DNA of 64,000 bases from an uncultured delta proteobacterium (GTDB taxonomy: Bacteria; Myxococcota_A; Polyangia; Fen-1088): assembly GCA_963767925.1 (NCBI GenBank), contig CAVYGB010000008.1:1-64000 (forward strand). The letters are read 5' to 3'. This document shows, one piece after another, positions 53,049-62,669 of the stretch. How positions within the stretch are numbered: the first letter of the stretch is position 1; each line of letters begins with the position of its first letter. Below the pieces are notes generated by a model. The model saw only the letters and a list, made by a program, of their open reading frames with translations, did not search any database and was not told where the DNA came from. A program made the translations under genes and the position numbers.

Positions 53049-54235
53049 GGCGGGGTGGGTGGCGCCGCCGGCCCGTAGGTCAGCTCGCGGCCGCGATCGG
53101 AGACGGTGACGAGGTTCTCCGACCCGCTCGCCGCCTCGATGTGCCCCACGCGGCGGGCGGCGACGCCGAACCCCTCGCTGATCTCGACCAGCGCCGGCAC
53201 GGCGGCCGGGCGGCAGTAGACCTCCATCCGGTGGCCCATGTTGAAGACCTGGTAGAGGTCGCGGGGCGGGACCCCGGCGTCCTCCAGGGCCCGGAAGATC
53301 GCCGGAGGATCGAAGAGGGCATCCTTGATGTAGTGCAGGCCGCTGCCGAAGCGGCGGCACTTGGCCTGTCCGCCGCCGCTGCAGTGGACCACGCCGCCGA
53401 TGTCGCCCGCGTGGGCGGCGAGCATGGCCTTGATGACCGGGGCATAGGTCCGGGTGGGGGAGAGCAGCCCCCAGGCCACCGTCTGCTCGCTGCCCGGCAG
53501 GCGATCCCCCAGGCCGAAGGGGCCGCAATAGACCACCTCCCGATCGAGGGTCTCGGCGTAGGTCTCGGGGTAGAGGTCGCGGTAGCGCGGGTGCAGGAGG
53601 ATGTGGCGGGCCAGGGTCAGGCCGTTCGAGCCGATGCCCGAGTTCTCCTGGTCCTCGTAGCGGCTGCGGCCGGAGGAGGCCAGCCCGACGATGGCGTCGC
53701 CCGGGCGGATGCCCGTCGTGTCGATCACCCGGGCCCTCTCGAGCCGCACGAAGACGGTCGAGTCGATGATGATCGTTCGCACGAGATCGCCGAGGTCGGC
53801 GGTCTCCCCGCCGGCCAGCGCCACCTCGATCCCGAGCGCGCGCAGGCGGGCGGCGAAGGCCTCGTAGCCGTGGATCACGGCGCCGACGACCTCGCCCCCG
53901 ACCCGCTGGGCGTTGCGGCCGATGGTGTTGCTGACAACGAACCCGCCCACCGCGCCGACGCAGATCAGGTCGTCGAGGTTCATCACCAGCGAGTCCTGCG
54001 CCACGTCCTTCCAGACCTGCAGGTCACCCGTCTCGCGGAACCGGATGTAGGCGACCGTCGACTTGGTCCCGGCCCCGTCGGCGTGCATGACCGACACCAT
54101 CGCCCCGTCACCCGCGACGTCCGGGCCGATCTTGCAGAAGGCCGCCGGGAACAGCCCGGCCGAGACGCCGACGAGCGCGCGGTGCACGTCCTCCTTGGTG
54201 GCAGATACGCCGCGTCGTTCGTACTCGCTCGTCAT
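53030..54235 (-). CDS. purM: Phosphoribosylformylglycinamidine cyclo-ligase (AIR synthase), long form
   Basis: YERRGVSA.KEDVH, HADGAGTK, MNLDD, GGETAD, GSNG and FNMGHR. Confidence 0.88.
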   Translation of the reverse strand: MTSEYERRGVSATKEDVHRALVGVSAGLFPAAFCKIGPDVAGDGAMVSVMHADGAGTKSTVAYIRFRETGDLQVWKDVAQDSLVMNLDDLICVGAVGGFVVSNTIGRNAQRVGGEVVGAVIHGYEAFAARLRALGIEVALAGGETADLGDLVRTIIIDSTVFVRLERARVIDTTGIRPGDAIVGLASSGRSRYEDQENSGIGSNGLTLARHILLHPRYRDLYPETYAETLDREVVYCGPFGLGDRLPGSEQTVAWGLLSPTRTYAPVIKAMLAAHAGDIGGVVHCSGGGQAKCRRFGSGLHYIKDALFDPPAIFRALEDAGVPPRDLYQVFNMGHRMEVYCRPAAVPALVEISEGFGVAARRVGHIEAASGSENLVTVSDRGRELTYGPAAPPTPPQRSPK

Positions 54236-54502
54236 GGCGGGCGGACCCTAACACGCCCGCGCGGGCGAAGTAGTTGCCGGCCGCCCGCGGCTGTCACCCG
54301 CCCCCGGCCGTGGCGCCCTGGAAACCTTTCCGATACCGGGCGGCGCGGGGATCGGGCGCGGCAGTGGTTGACGGAGGCCGGGTCCCACCCGTAGCGTGCG
54401 CCCTGTATCAGGCGAGTCGCCGTCGATCTTGGGGACGGGCGGCGGGACACCCGCGGTTGGCGGCGCAACGAGCGCGAGGAGGTCGAAATGCGGTGTCTAG
54501 CT

Positions 54503-55621
54503 ATGTCTCGTGGATGGTTCGCCACCGTGCTGGCGGTGCTGGCGGTGTCGGGGGCCGGTGGCTGCGACCCCTACGGAACCTTCGACGACCCGGACGAACG
54601 GCTGGGCCCGGTCGATCCGGTGCTGTTCCCGGCGGCCAACGTCGGGGTCGGCGGCGACCGCAAGCGCCCGGGCCGGGGCCGGTTCTCCGAGCTCACCGCC
54701 TACGTCGGCGACGCGGAGGTGGGCTACTTCTCCTACGCCCTGCCGACCTTGCCGGCGGGCAGCGATCCCCTGCGCGTGCTCGAGGACGGCAAGCCATACG
54801 ACCCGGTGCCCACGCCCCCGGTCTACGTGTTCGACGGCAACGGCGACTCCCCCTTCCCGGACGAGGACCGCTACCCCTGCCAGGCCCCGCCCGGCTACGC
54901 CTTCAACGCCCAGCGCGACGACGTTGACTACAGCAAGCAGGGGCCCGTGTTCTCCCGCCTGCCCGAGGCGACCTACGCCGAGGGGGCGCTGCCGGTGACC
55001 CGCTACGTGCCGTTGGTCGCCGAGGCCGGCATGGGCTCGAGCGGGATGCCCTGCCAGCAGATCAAGAGCACCAAGAAGATCAAGGAGGTCCTCGGGGAGA
55101 TGCCCGCCACGACGGGCCGCTACCTCGCCTGGCTGGTGATCGATCCCGCGGCGCCGGTTTACCCCCGCGACAACCCCACCGGCGTCCTGCCGATGGGCCG
55201 GATGCACCCCGGCGTCGGGTTGCAACGCTGGGGCTGGTACGGTCGCTACCTGCTCGCCTTCCTCGACGGCGGCTTCATCCCCACCGAGGAGGTGATGATC
55301 CCCGGTCCCGGCATCGACGTCCCCACGATGATCCCGGTGACCCGCCTCAAGCCCCAGCGGCTGTTCGTCCCCCGCCAGGTGCGCAGCGAGATGGGCGTGG
55401 CGGTCGGGCGGGCGGGGGCCGGCTACGATGTGCTCGAGTTCAAGCGGGGCGAACCCGGGTATTCGCCCCTCTGCCAGCTCTGGAACTACGGCGATCCGAC
55501 CATGCCCCAGGCGGCGCCCGATCTGCCGAAGCGGGCGGAGGCCATCTTGACCACGCCCGGCCTCAACGCCGCCGCGGCGACCCCCGCGTCTTACGTCTAT
55601 TGCCTGCAGGTGAGCCGATGA
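54503..55621 (+). CDS. Hypothetical lipoprotein coupled to the TonB-dependent receptor
   Basis: Signal peptide with AGGC lipobox; ATGA overlap with the next gene. Confidence 0.65.
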   Translation: MSRGWFATVLAVLAVSGAGGCDPYGTFDDPDERLGPVDPVLFPAANVGVGGDRKRPGRGRFSELTAYVGDAEVGYFSYALPTLPAGSDPLRVLEDGKPYDPVPTPPVYVFDGNGDSPFPDEDRYPCQAPPGYAFNAQRDDVDYSKQGPVFSRLPEATYAEGALPVTRYVPLVAEAGMGSSGMPCQQIKSTKKIKEVLGEMPATTGRYLAWLVIDPAAPVYPRDNPTGVLPMGRMHPGVGLQRWGWYGRYLLAFLDGGFIPTEEVMIPGPGIDVPTMIPVTRLKPQRLFVPRQVRSEMGVAVGRAGAGYDVLEFKRGEPGYSPLCQLWNYGDPTMPQAAPDLPKRAEAILTTPGLNAAAATPASYVYCLQVSR

Positions 55622-58428
55622 AGCCGTCCCGCGGGCTCCCGTCCCTGCGCCAGGTGGGCCTCGGGCTCCTCTGCACGATCGCCTTCACCTCCCTCCCGGC
55701 CGGCCCGGCCGGCGCCGCCGGCGAGCAGTTCGGTCGGGTGCGCGGCGTGGTCACCGACGAGAACGGCGGTCCCCTGGTCGCGGTCACAATCGTCGCCACC
55801 AGCCCCAGCCTGATCGGCGAGCCCCGGGTCACCTTCAGCGACGATCGCGGCCGCTACGAGATCGTCAACCTGCCCCCCGGCAACTACACCCTCGACTTCT
55901 CCTACACCGGCCTGCGGGAGATGAAGCGCTCGGCCGTCGTCCGGCAGGGGGAGGCCCAGACCCTCAACGTGATCTATTCGCTGGTCACCACCGGAGTGGA
56001 GGCGGTCTCGGTCACCGAGAAGCGCTCCCTCACCCGCCCCGACTCGACCCACACCGGGTCGACCCGCGAGGCCGACGTCCTGGCCAAGCTGCCAACCGGT
56101 CGCTCCTACCAGACCGCCGCCCAGCAGGTGCCGGGAGTCAGCGGCGGCGCCAACCCCAACATCAAGGGGGGCCTGGCCGGCTCGAACCGCTACCTGCTCG
56201 ACGACATGGACATCACCGACCCGGTCACCGGCACCTTCACCAGCAACCAGACCTTCGAATCGATCCAGTCGGTCGAGATCCTCACGGGCGGCTTCGACGC
56301 CGAATACAACGCCCTCGGCGGGGTCATCAACATCATCCCCAAGGGGGGAGGAGACACCTTCCACGCCCTGGCCGCGGCCTACGTCAATCACTACCGCCTG
56401 TCGAGCCAGGGGAACCAGGGCCCCAACCTGTGGGAGGGGAGCCAGCCCTTCAACGTCACCGACGTGGGGCCCACCCAGCGCTACGAGGCCACCCTCAACG
56501 TCGGGGGGCCCATCATCAAGCGGAAGCTCTGGTACGGCCTGTCTTACCAGTACATCCACACGGCCGCCTCGCTGGCCAAGGGACCGCCGCTGGGGGTGGC
56601 TCCCTTCGACCTGCGCCACCCGACCCGCCGGTTCGTGGCCCACTACGCCCGGGCCCGGATCGACTTTGCCCCGGTGGCCCGCCACCGCTTCAAGCTCTCG
56701 CTCTTCACCGATCCCACGGTCATCGACAACACCGGGCAGAGCAACAACTACCTCGGGGCGGCGGAGAGCCACCAGGACCAGGGCGGCCAGTTCGGCTCGC
56801 TCCGCTACGACTGGCTCGCCACCGACAACCTGACCGCCAGCCTCATGCTGGGGCTCAACCTGCGCAGCCTGGCCAACGGGCCCCAGGGGCGCTTCGGCAA
56901 GGTCGACACCGCCGGCTGCGATCGGTTCTCCTCGGTCAACTGCACCTGGGATCCCAACCGCCCCCGGCGCATCAACGCGGCCGACGGCACCTCCTGGTAC
57001 CAGGGGCCGACCTACCTGGTGCACAAGCGCAACCGGGTCCAGGTCGATCCCTCGGTCTCGCTGCGCGGGTCGTTCCTCGGCCGCCACAGCGCCAAGATCG
57101 GCATCCAGGGGCAATACGTCTGGCGCTACCGGCTGGAGGAGACCCCCGGCGGCAGCGTCTTCACCGACACCCCCCCCGCGGGCGCGCTGCTCGAGGGCGG
57201 CCTGTGCAACCCCGCCACCGGGGTGGGCTGCGACCGCCGCACCGACCTGCCCAGCTTCGTGACCCGGCAGCGGGGCTTCGCCGCCGGCCTGTTCCTTCAG
57301 GACCACTGGTGGACCTCGCTGCAGTGGCTGACCGTCAATCCGGGCATCCGCTTCGACTGGGGGTCCACCTTCAACCGCAACGGCGATCGGGTGACGAACC
57401 TGTTCGGCATCGGCCCCCGCCTGGGGTTGACCGCCGACCTGACCCGCGATGGGCGCAACATCCTGTTCGCGTACTACGGCCGGGCTACCAACGCCCTGCC
57501 GCTCGACGTGGTGGCCGCGGTCGACGACGCCGAGGCGGGCGGCAGCAAGGTTTACCAGTGGGACCCGATGACCCGCGACTACTCGACGATGATCCAGCAG
57601 ACCGGCGGGCCGGGTGGGGCGCTGGTCGACCAGAAGGCGAAGATGCCCCGGGCCGACGAGCTCACGGCGGGCGCCCGCCGCGAGTTCCTCCCTGGCAGCG
57701 TGGTGGGCCTCGAGCTGACCTGGAAGCGCTTCTCCAACGAGTGGGACACCATCGAGCAGAACCGGATCTGGGATCCCAGCGGCCTGCGGGTCATCGACTA
57801 CATCGACCGGGAGCAGTGGGGGCGGGCCATCTCCTTGCAGACCACGCCGGGCAACGTGCGCACCTACCAGGGGGTGATCTTCTCCTCGGAGGGGCGGCCC
57901 ACCGAGAAGCTCGACTACCACGTCAGCCACACCCTCTCCTGGAACCACTTCCGGGCGCCGATGACCAGCAACCCCCGGCAGGCCCTGTTCAACCAGGGCT
58001 GGTCGGCCGGCGACATCCGCCACTTTACCCGCCTCTACGCCGCCTATTCCCTGCTGCGCCGGGTGAACCTGGGGGCGGCTTTTCTCTACCGGACCGGCGA
58101 TCCCAGCACGAAGGGCTTTTACAGCCGGGAGTTCAACGCCCGCTCCCTGTCCCGCTCCCCCAGCGGGACGGTGCCCACCGTGCCCAACGACCCCAACGGC
58201 ATCTCCGAGCTGCGCAGTCCGGCCTTGACCCAGCTCGACCTCAAGCTGATCGCCAACCTGCTCCCCGCCGGCGCCGAGCAGAGCCTCAACATCGTCGTGG
58301 ACGTCTTCAACGCCCTCGACAGCCGGACCCCGACCGGCTTCGTGGCCACCGATCTGGCCACCTTCGGGCAGATCACCGCCCGCCAGGATCCGCTGCGCGT
58401 GCAGGTGGGCCTCACCTACGCGTATTGA
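55618..58428 (+). CDS. Oar-like TonB-dependent receptor
   Basis: Carboxypeptidase-like N-domain; plug LP.GRSYQ...TGGFDAEY..GGVIN; barrel ending in QVGLTYAY. Confidence 0.88.
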   Translation: MKPSRGLPSLRQVGLGLLCTIAFTSLPAGPAGAAGEQFGRVRGVVTDENGGPLVAVTIVATSPSLIGEPRVTFSDDRGRYEIVNLPPGNYTLDFSYTGLREMKRSAVVRQGEAQTLNVIYSLVTTGVEAVSVTEKRSLTRPDSTHTGSTREADVLAKLPTGRSYQTAAQQVPGVSGGANPNIKGGLAGSNRYLLDDMDITDPVTGTFTSNQTFESIQSVEILTGGFDAEYNALGGVINIIPKGGGDTFHALAAAYVNHYRLSSQGNQGPNLWEGSQPFNVTDVGPTQRYEATLNVGGPIIKRKLWYGLSYQYIHTAASLAKGPPLGVAPFDLRHPTRRFVAHYARARIDFAPVARHRFKLSLFTDPTVIDNTGQSNNYLGAAESHQDQGGQFGSLRYDWLATDNLTASLMLGLNLRSLANGPQGRFGKVDTAGCDRFSSVNCTWDPNRPRRINAADGTSWYQGPTYLVHKRNRVQVDPSVSLRGSFLGRHSAKIGIQGQYVWRYRLEETPGGSVFTDTPPAGALLEGGLCNPATGVGCDRRTDLPSFVTRQRGFAAGLFLQDHWWTSLQWLTVNPGIRFDWGSTFNRNGDRVTNLFGIGPRLGLTADLTRDGRNILFAYYGRATNALPLDVVAAVDDAEAGGSKVYQWDPMTRDYSTMIQQTGGPGGALVDQKAKMPRADELTAGARREFLPGSVVGLELTWKRFSNEWDTIEQNRIWDPSGLRVIDYIDREQWGRAISLQTTPGNVRTYQGVIFSSEGRPTEKLDYHVSHTLSWNHFRAPMTSNPRQALFNQGWSAGDIRHFTRLYAAYSLLRRVNLGAAFLYRTGDPSTKGFYSREFNARSLSRSPSGTVPTVPNDPNGISELRSPALTQLDLKLIANLLPAGAEQSLNIVVDVFNALDSRTPTGFVATDLATFGQITARQDPLRVQVGLTYAY

Positions 58429-58537
58429 CCGCGCGGCGTCGGGCGGCAGATTCCTCCGGGAGGTAGGGGCGTACCTCCTCCCGGGGGCCAGGTGATCCCG
58501 GCGGCGCTGCTCCGGGCCGGCTGCTATCTGTACCACC

Positions 58538-59809
58538 ATGGCGAGAGCGCCGGCCGAAGCCGTCCATCGGGTCCTCCCCGTCGAGGGGGGCGTGCCCCTC
58601 AAGGCCTGGATCGAAGGCGTGCCCTTCGAGCCGGAGGCGCAGGCCCAGCTCGAGCGCCTGGCCCGCTTGCCCATCCTCCACCGCCACGTGGCGGTGATGC
58701 CCGACGTGCACCTGGGCAAGGGCGCCACCGTGGGCAGCGTGCTGGCCACCCGGCAGGCCATCATCCCGGCCGCCGTGGGGGTGGACATCGGCTGCGGCAT
58801 GACCGCCGTGCGCACGAGCGCCCGGGCCGAGAACCTGCCCGACGACCTACGCGCCGTCCGGCGGGCGATCGAGGTGGCGGTGCCCCACGGCCGCACCAAC
58901 CACGGTGGCCCCGGCGATCGCGGAGCCTGGAAGAATTTGCCCCCGGCGGTCTCCGCCGCCTGGTCCAGGCTCGACAGCGGCTACCAGCGCATCATCGCCC
59001 GCCACCCGAAGCTCGACCGCGGGGCCCACGCCCAGCAGCTCGGGACCCTCGGCACCGGGAACCACTTCATCGAGGTATGCATCGGCTCGCCCGCTGCCGG
59101 AGTGGCGCGCCCGGACCAGCCGGAGCAGGTCTGGATCCTGCTCCACAGCGGCTCGCGGGGGGTCGGCAACCGGATAGGCACCCACTTCATCGAGCTGGCG
59201 AAGGCGGACATGGGGCGGCTGCTCGGTAACCTGCCCGACCATGACCTGGCCTATCTGTCGGAGGGGACCGCGCACTTCGACGAATACGTCGAGGCCGTCC
59301 ACTGGGCCCAGGACTACGCCCGCATCAACCGGCAGCTCATGATGGCGGCGGTGCTGGAGGCTCTGCGGCGCAGCGGGATCCTCCCGGCGATCGAGGCCGA
59401 GCTGGAGGTGATCGACTGCCACCACAACTACGTGGCCCGCGAGCGCCACTTCGGCGAGGAGGTGCTGGTGACCCGCAAGGGCGCGGTCCGCGCCCGCCGG
59501 GGCGACCTCGGCATCATCCCGGGGAGCATGGGCGCCCGCTCGTTCATCGTGCGGGGGCTCGGCAACCCCCAGAGCTTCGAGAGCTGCAGCCACGGGGCGG
59601 GGCGGGCGATGTCGCGGGGCGAGGCGCGACGGCGCTTCACCCTGGAAGACCACGCCGCCGCCACCCGGGCGGTGGAGTGCCGCAAGGACGCCGAGGTGAT
59701 CGACGAGACGCCCGGGGCCTACAAGTCCATAGATCTGGTCATGCACGCGCAGCGGGATCTGGTGGAGGTGGCCTACACGCTCCGACAGGTGGTCTGCGTG
59801 AAGGGCTGA
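58538..59809 (+). CDS. rtcB: RtcB RNA ligase
   Basis: MPDVH.G.G, GVDIGCG, GTLGTGNHF, HSGSRG, HHNY, PGSMG, SHGAGR and DETP.AYK. Confidence 0.95.
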   Translation: MARAPAEAVHRVLPVEGGVPLKAWIEGVPFEPEAQAQLERLARLPILHRHVAVMPDVHLGKGATVGSVLATRQAIIPAAVGVDIGCGMTAVRTSARAENLPDDLRAVRRAIEVAVPHGRTNHGGPGDRGAWKNLPPAVSAAWSRLDSGYQRIIARHPKLDRGAHAQQLGTLGTGNHFIEVCIGSPAAGVARPDQPEQVWILLHSGSRGVGNRIGTHFIELAKADMGRLLGNLPDHDLAYLSEGTAHFDEYVEAVHWAQDYARINRQLMMAAVLEALRRSGILPAIEAELEVIDCHHNYVARERHFGEEVLVTRKGAVRARRGDLGIIPGSMGARSFIVRGLGNPQSFESCSHGAGRAMSRGEARRRFTLEDHAAATRAVECRKDAEVIDETPGAYKSIDLVMHAQRDLVEVAYTLRQVVCVKG

Positions 59810-59903
59810 GCCGGGGCCCTCCCAGCCCGGGTGGTCGGCCTCTGGTAAAATTGAGCGAGGGGCGATCGAATGACCGCTGGCCGGGTCGGCGGGGAAGGCG
59901 CGC

Positions 59904-60398
59904 ATGCAGTTGCAGGATTGGCTGACCGAGTTTTGCAAGCTGCACGAGCGGGCCCACCAGGGGACCTTGACGCCGGTCGAGCAGGGCGAATACCTGGCCG
60001 GGCGTGCCGAGCTGGCCCGGGCGGTGCTGAGGGCCCAGCGGGTGGGGCTCAAGCCCGGGCAGCGGCCGCGCCAGAGCCTGCGGGCCGCCCTGGCCCTGCA
60101 GGTGGTGCTGCAACTGCCGGCGGGCCGGGTGCAGACCTTGACCCAGGACATCTCCGCCGGTGGGTTCTCGGTGATCCTGTCGACCCTCCCCAGCCCCGGG
60201 CAGATGGTCTCCTTCGTGCTGCGGCTGGCGCGGGAAGGGGCCCCCATCGACGGGCAGGCCCGGGTGGTGGGCACCGATCCCGGGCGCAACGGCTTGCGCG
60301 TGGCGTTCGCCTACGAGGGTCTCTCGGAGGAGGCGGTCGAGCGCATCGAGCTGACCGTGTTCGATTCGCTGGTCGCCCAGCTCACCGTCAAGGGTTGA
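59904..60398 (+). CDS. PilZ domain protein
   Basis: RQSLR (RxxxR) and DISAGG (DxSxxG) motifs. Confidence 0.8.
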   Translation: MQLQDWLTEFCKLHERAHQGTLTPVEQGEYLAGRAELARAVLRAQRVGLKPGQRPRQSLRAALALQVVLQLPAGRVQTLTQDISAGGFSVILSTLPSPGQMVSFVLRLAREGAPIDGQARVVGTDPGRNGLRVAFAYEGLSEEAVERIELTVFDSLVAQLTVKG

Positions 60399-60417
60399 GG
60401 GGCGTTATACTGCCTAC

Positions 60418-61185
60418 ATGGGCATCGTCCTCAAGAGCAGCCGCGAGATCGCCAAGATGCGTGAGGCGGGCAAGATCGTGCACGCCGTCCTCGACGCGGT
60501 GGAGGCAGCCTGCCGTCCCGGCGTGTCCACCCTGGAGCTGGCCCGCATCGCCGAGCAGGTGCTCACCCGGGCGGGGGCCCGCTCCGCCTTCAAGGGGTAC
60601 CGGCCCCGCGGCCAGCCGCCATATCCCTCGGTGCTGTGCACCTCGGTCAACGAGGTGGTGGTCCACGGCATTCCCCGCCGCAACGTGGTCCTCGCCGAGG
60701 GGGACATCGTCGGGATCGACTTCGCCTGCTTCAAGGACGACTACTGCGCGGACGCCGCGCGCACCATCGCCGTCGGGGTGATCAGCGATCCCATCCGCGA
60801 CCTGCTCGCCACCACCCGCGAGACCCTCGAGCGGGCCATCGCCTGCTGCGTGCCGGGCGGGCGGCTGGAGGACGCGGGCGCGGCGGTGCAGGGGCTGGCC
60901 GAGTCGCGCGGCTATTCGGTGGTGCGCGAGCTGGTGGGCCACGGCATCGGACGCGCCATGCACGAGCCACCCGAGGTCCGCAACTACGGCAAGGCCGGCC
61001 GCGGCCTGCGCCTGGTGCCCGGCCTGGTCATCGCCATCGAGCCGATGCTCAACGCCGGCGGGCCGGGCGTGCGCACGCTCGGCGACGGCTGGACCATCGT
61101 CACGACCGACGGCAGCCACTCGGCCCACTTCGAGCACACCGTCGCCATCACCGAAGACGGCCCCCAGATCCTGACCGTCGCCTGA
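60418..61185 (+). CDS. map: Type I methionine aminopeptidase
   Basis: CTSVNE.VVHGIP, D...D, GHGIG..MHE, IEPM and SAHFEHT. Confidence 0.95.
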   Translation: MGIVLKSSREIAKMREAGKIVHAVLDAVEAACRPGVSTLELARIAEQVLTRAGARSAFKGYRPRGQPPYPSVLCTSVNEVVVHGIPRRNVVLAEGDIVGIDFACFKDDYCADAARTIAVGVISDPIRDLLATTRETLERAIACCVPGGRLEDAGAAVQGLAESRGYSVVRELVGHGIGRAMHEPPEVRNYGKAGRGLRLVPGLVIAIEPMLNAGGPGVRTLGDGWTIVTTDGSHSAHFEHTVAITEDGPQILTVA

Positions 61186-61257
61186 CCGCTCGCGCCGCTC
61201 GGAAGCGACCCGGCCGGCGCTGCCCCTGCCGGCACCGCCCTTGCTTTGCCATCCGGT

Positions 61258-61878
61258 ATGAACAAGGACCCGGGCGACGGCTATCACTCCCGCACCGCCG
61301 AAAAGGAGACCGAGCACACCCTGTCGCTCGTGGCGCCGCACCTGGGCGGCTCCCTGCTCGACGTCGGCTGCGGGGCGGGCTACGTCGCCTGGCAGATCGC
61401 CGAGCGCTTCGGCGGCGAGGTGCACGCCGTCGACGTGGGGGACTTCCGCCGGGTGCCGCTCCCCCGCTTCTCCCGGTTCGACGGCCTGCGCCTGCCCTTC
61501 GCCGACGGATCGGTCGACGTGGTGTTGCTCTCCTTCGTGCTCCACCACATCCCCGACGTCTACAAGCCGGCGCTGCTGGCCGAGGCGCAGCGGGTGGCCC
61601 GCCACAAGGTGCTCGTGCTCGAGGACACCCCGCGCAGCCTGCTCGATCGCCTGTTCAGCGTCGGGCACGGCCTGCGCTTCCGGCGGCGCGTCGGCTCGCG
61701 CGAGGCCTTCGGCTTTCTGACCGCCTCCGAGTGGACCCGCTTGTTCCAGCGCATGGGCTGGCGGGCGCAGCACCTGCCCCTGTCACGCTGGTGCCGGTCG
61801 TTCTGGCAGCCCTTCGCCCGCTCGTTCTTCGTGCTCACGCCGGCCGGGCCGGCCGATTTCCCCCGCCCCCCGCGGTGA
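61258..61878 (+). CDS. Class I SAM-dependent methyltransferase
   Basis: LLDVGCGAG, LPFADGS.D and VLHH. Confidence 0.88.
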   Translation: MNKDPGDGYHSRTAEKETEHTLSLVAPHLGGSLLDVGCGAGYVAWQIAERFGGEVHAVDVGDFRRVPLPRFSRFDGLRLPFADGSVDVVLLSFVLHHIPDVYKPALLAEAQRVARHKVLVLEDTPRSLLDRLFSVGHGLRFRRRVGSREAFGFLTASEWTRLFQRMGWRAQHLPLSRWCRSFWQPFARSFFVLTPAGPADFPRPPR

Positions 61879-62131
61879 GTTTTCGACGGCCGTCGCGCCA
61901 CCCCTGTTCCGTGGTGTGAGCTGTCGGGCGGAGTGATCCAGGGTGGGGAAAGGGGCGACTTCGGACGATCAGGGCCGGAGCGCTGGCCGGGCCCGAGCGC
62001 TGGCGAGGTACCTGGGCTAGCAGCGTCCGGACGACATTGACGATCGGGGCGCCCGGCGCACCTTGCGGGAGGTACGTCCCGCGCCGGCCCGGAAGTGCGG
62101 CCGCCGATGGGCGACAGGGGGGAGGCGGGGA

Positions 62132-62467
62132 ATGACCTGTGACGTGAGCGCCGAGGGCGATGCGGTCCGTATCTCGCTGGCGGGGGCGCTGGACGCCCTC
62201 ACCACATCGGCCTTGAAGGGTTGCCTCGGTGGGCTCGGGGCCGAGGCATGCAAGCGCGTGATCCTCGACCTCTCGCAGCTCCGCCTGCTCGATGGCCGGG
62301 GGGTGTTCACCATCGTCGAGCTGTGCAAGACGGTGCGCAGCCTGGGGGGGGACCTGTTCCTGCGCGGCCTGCAGGGCCAGCCGCTGGCGCTGTTCCAGCT
62401 CCTCCGGCTCGATCGCCTGCTGAGCGGGCCGGCCAGTCAGCAGGCCTTCAACGAGCTCGTTGCTTGA
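62132..62467 (+). CDS. STAS domain protein (anti-sigma factor antagonist-like)
   Basis: LAGALD, VILDLSQL..LDG.G and F.LL.LD. Confidence 0.78.
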   Translation: MTCDVSAEGDAVRISLAGALDALTTSALKGCLGGLGAEACKRVILDLSQLRLLDGRGVFTIVELCKTVRSLGGDLFLRGLQGQPLALFQLLRLDRLLSGPASQQAFNELVA

Positions 62468-62669
62468 TTTAACGGGAACGACATTTACGAGAAAATCTAC
62501 TCTCGATGGCGAACCCGGCGTTTCCATCACGTTTATAGATTTTTCCCAACGGTCAGTAATCCCCGTATTCAGGACCTCGCCCTTGAACCGCTAGAGACAC
62601 TCGACCAGCCGGGGGGTATACGAGCATCCGCATCGTTTGCGTCGTCTCCGGGGGGAAAAGAGGTACGCC

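Noticed and set aside
55597..58899. Long antisense and alternative-frame ORFs (e.g. 1100 aa here; also 752-2890, 26729-29308, 37415-39616)
   Set aside because: Shadow ORFs of high-GC coding regions; no motifs, and they overlap well-supported genes
58538..59809. rtcB as part of an RtcR/RtcA/Ro RNA-repair operon or carrying an intein
   Set aside because: No rtcA, rtcR, TROVE gene or sigma54 site adjacent; length is normal apart from a short loop insertion
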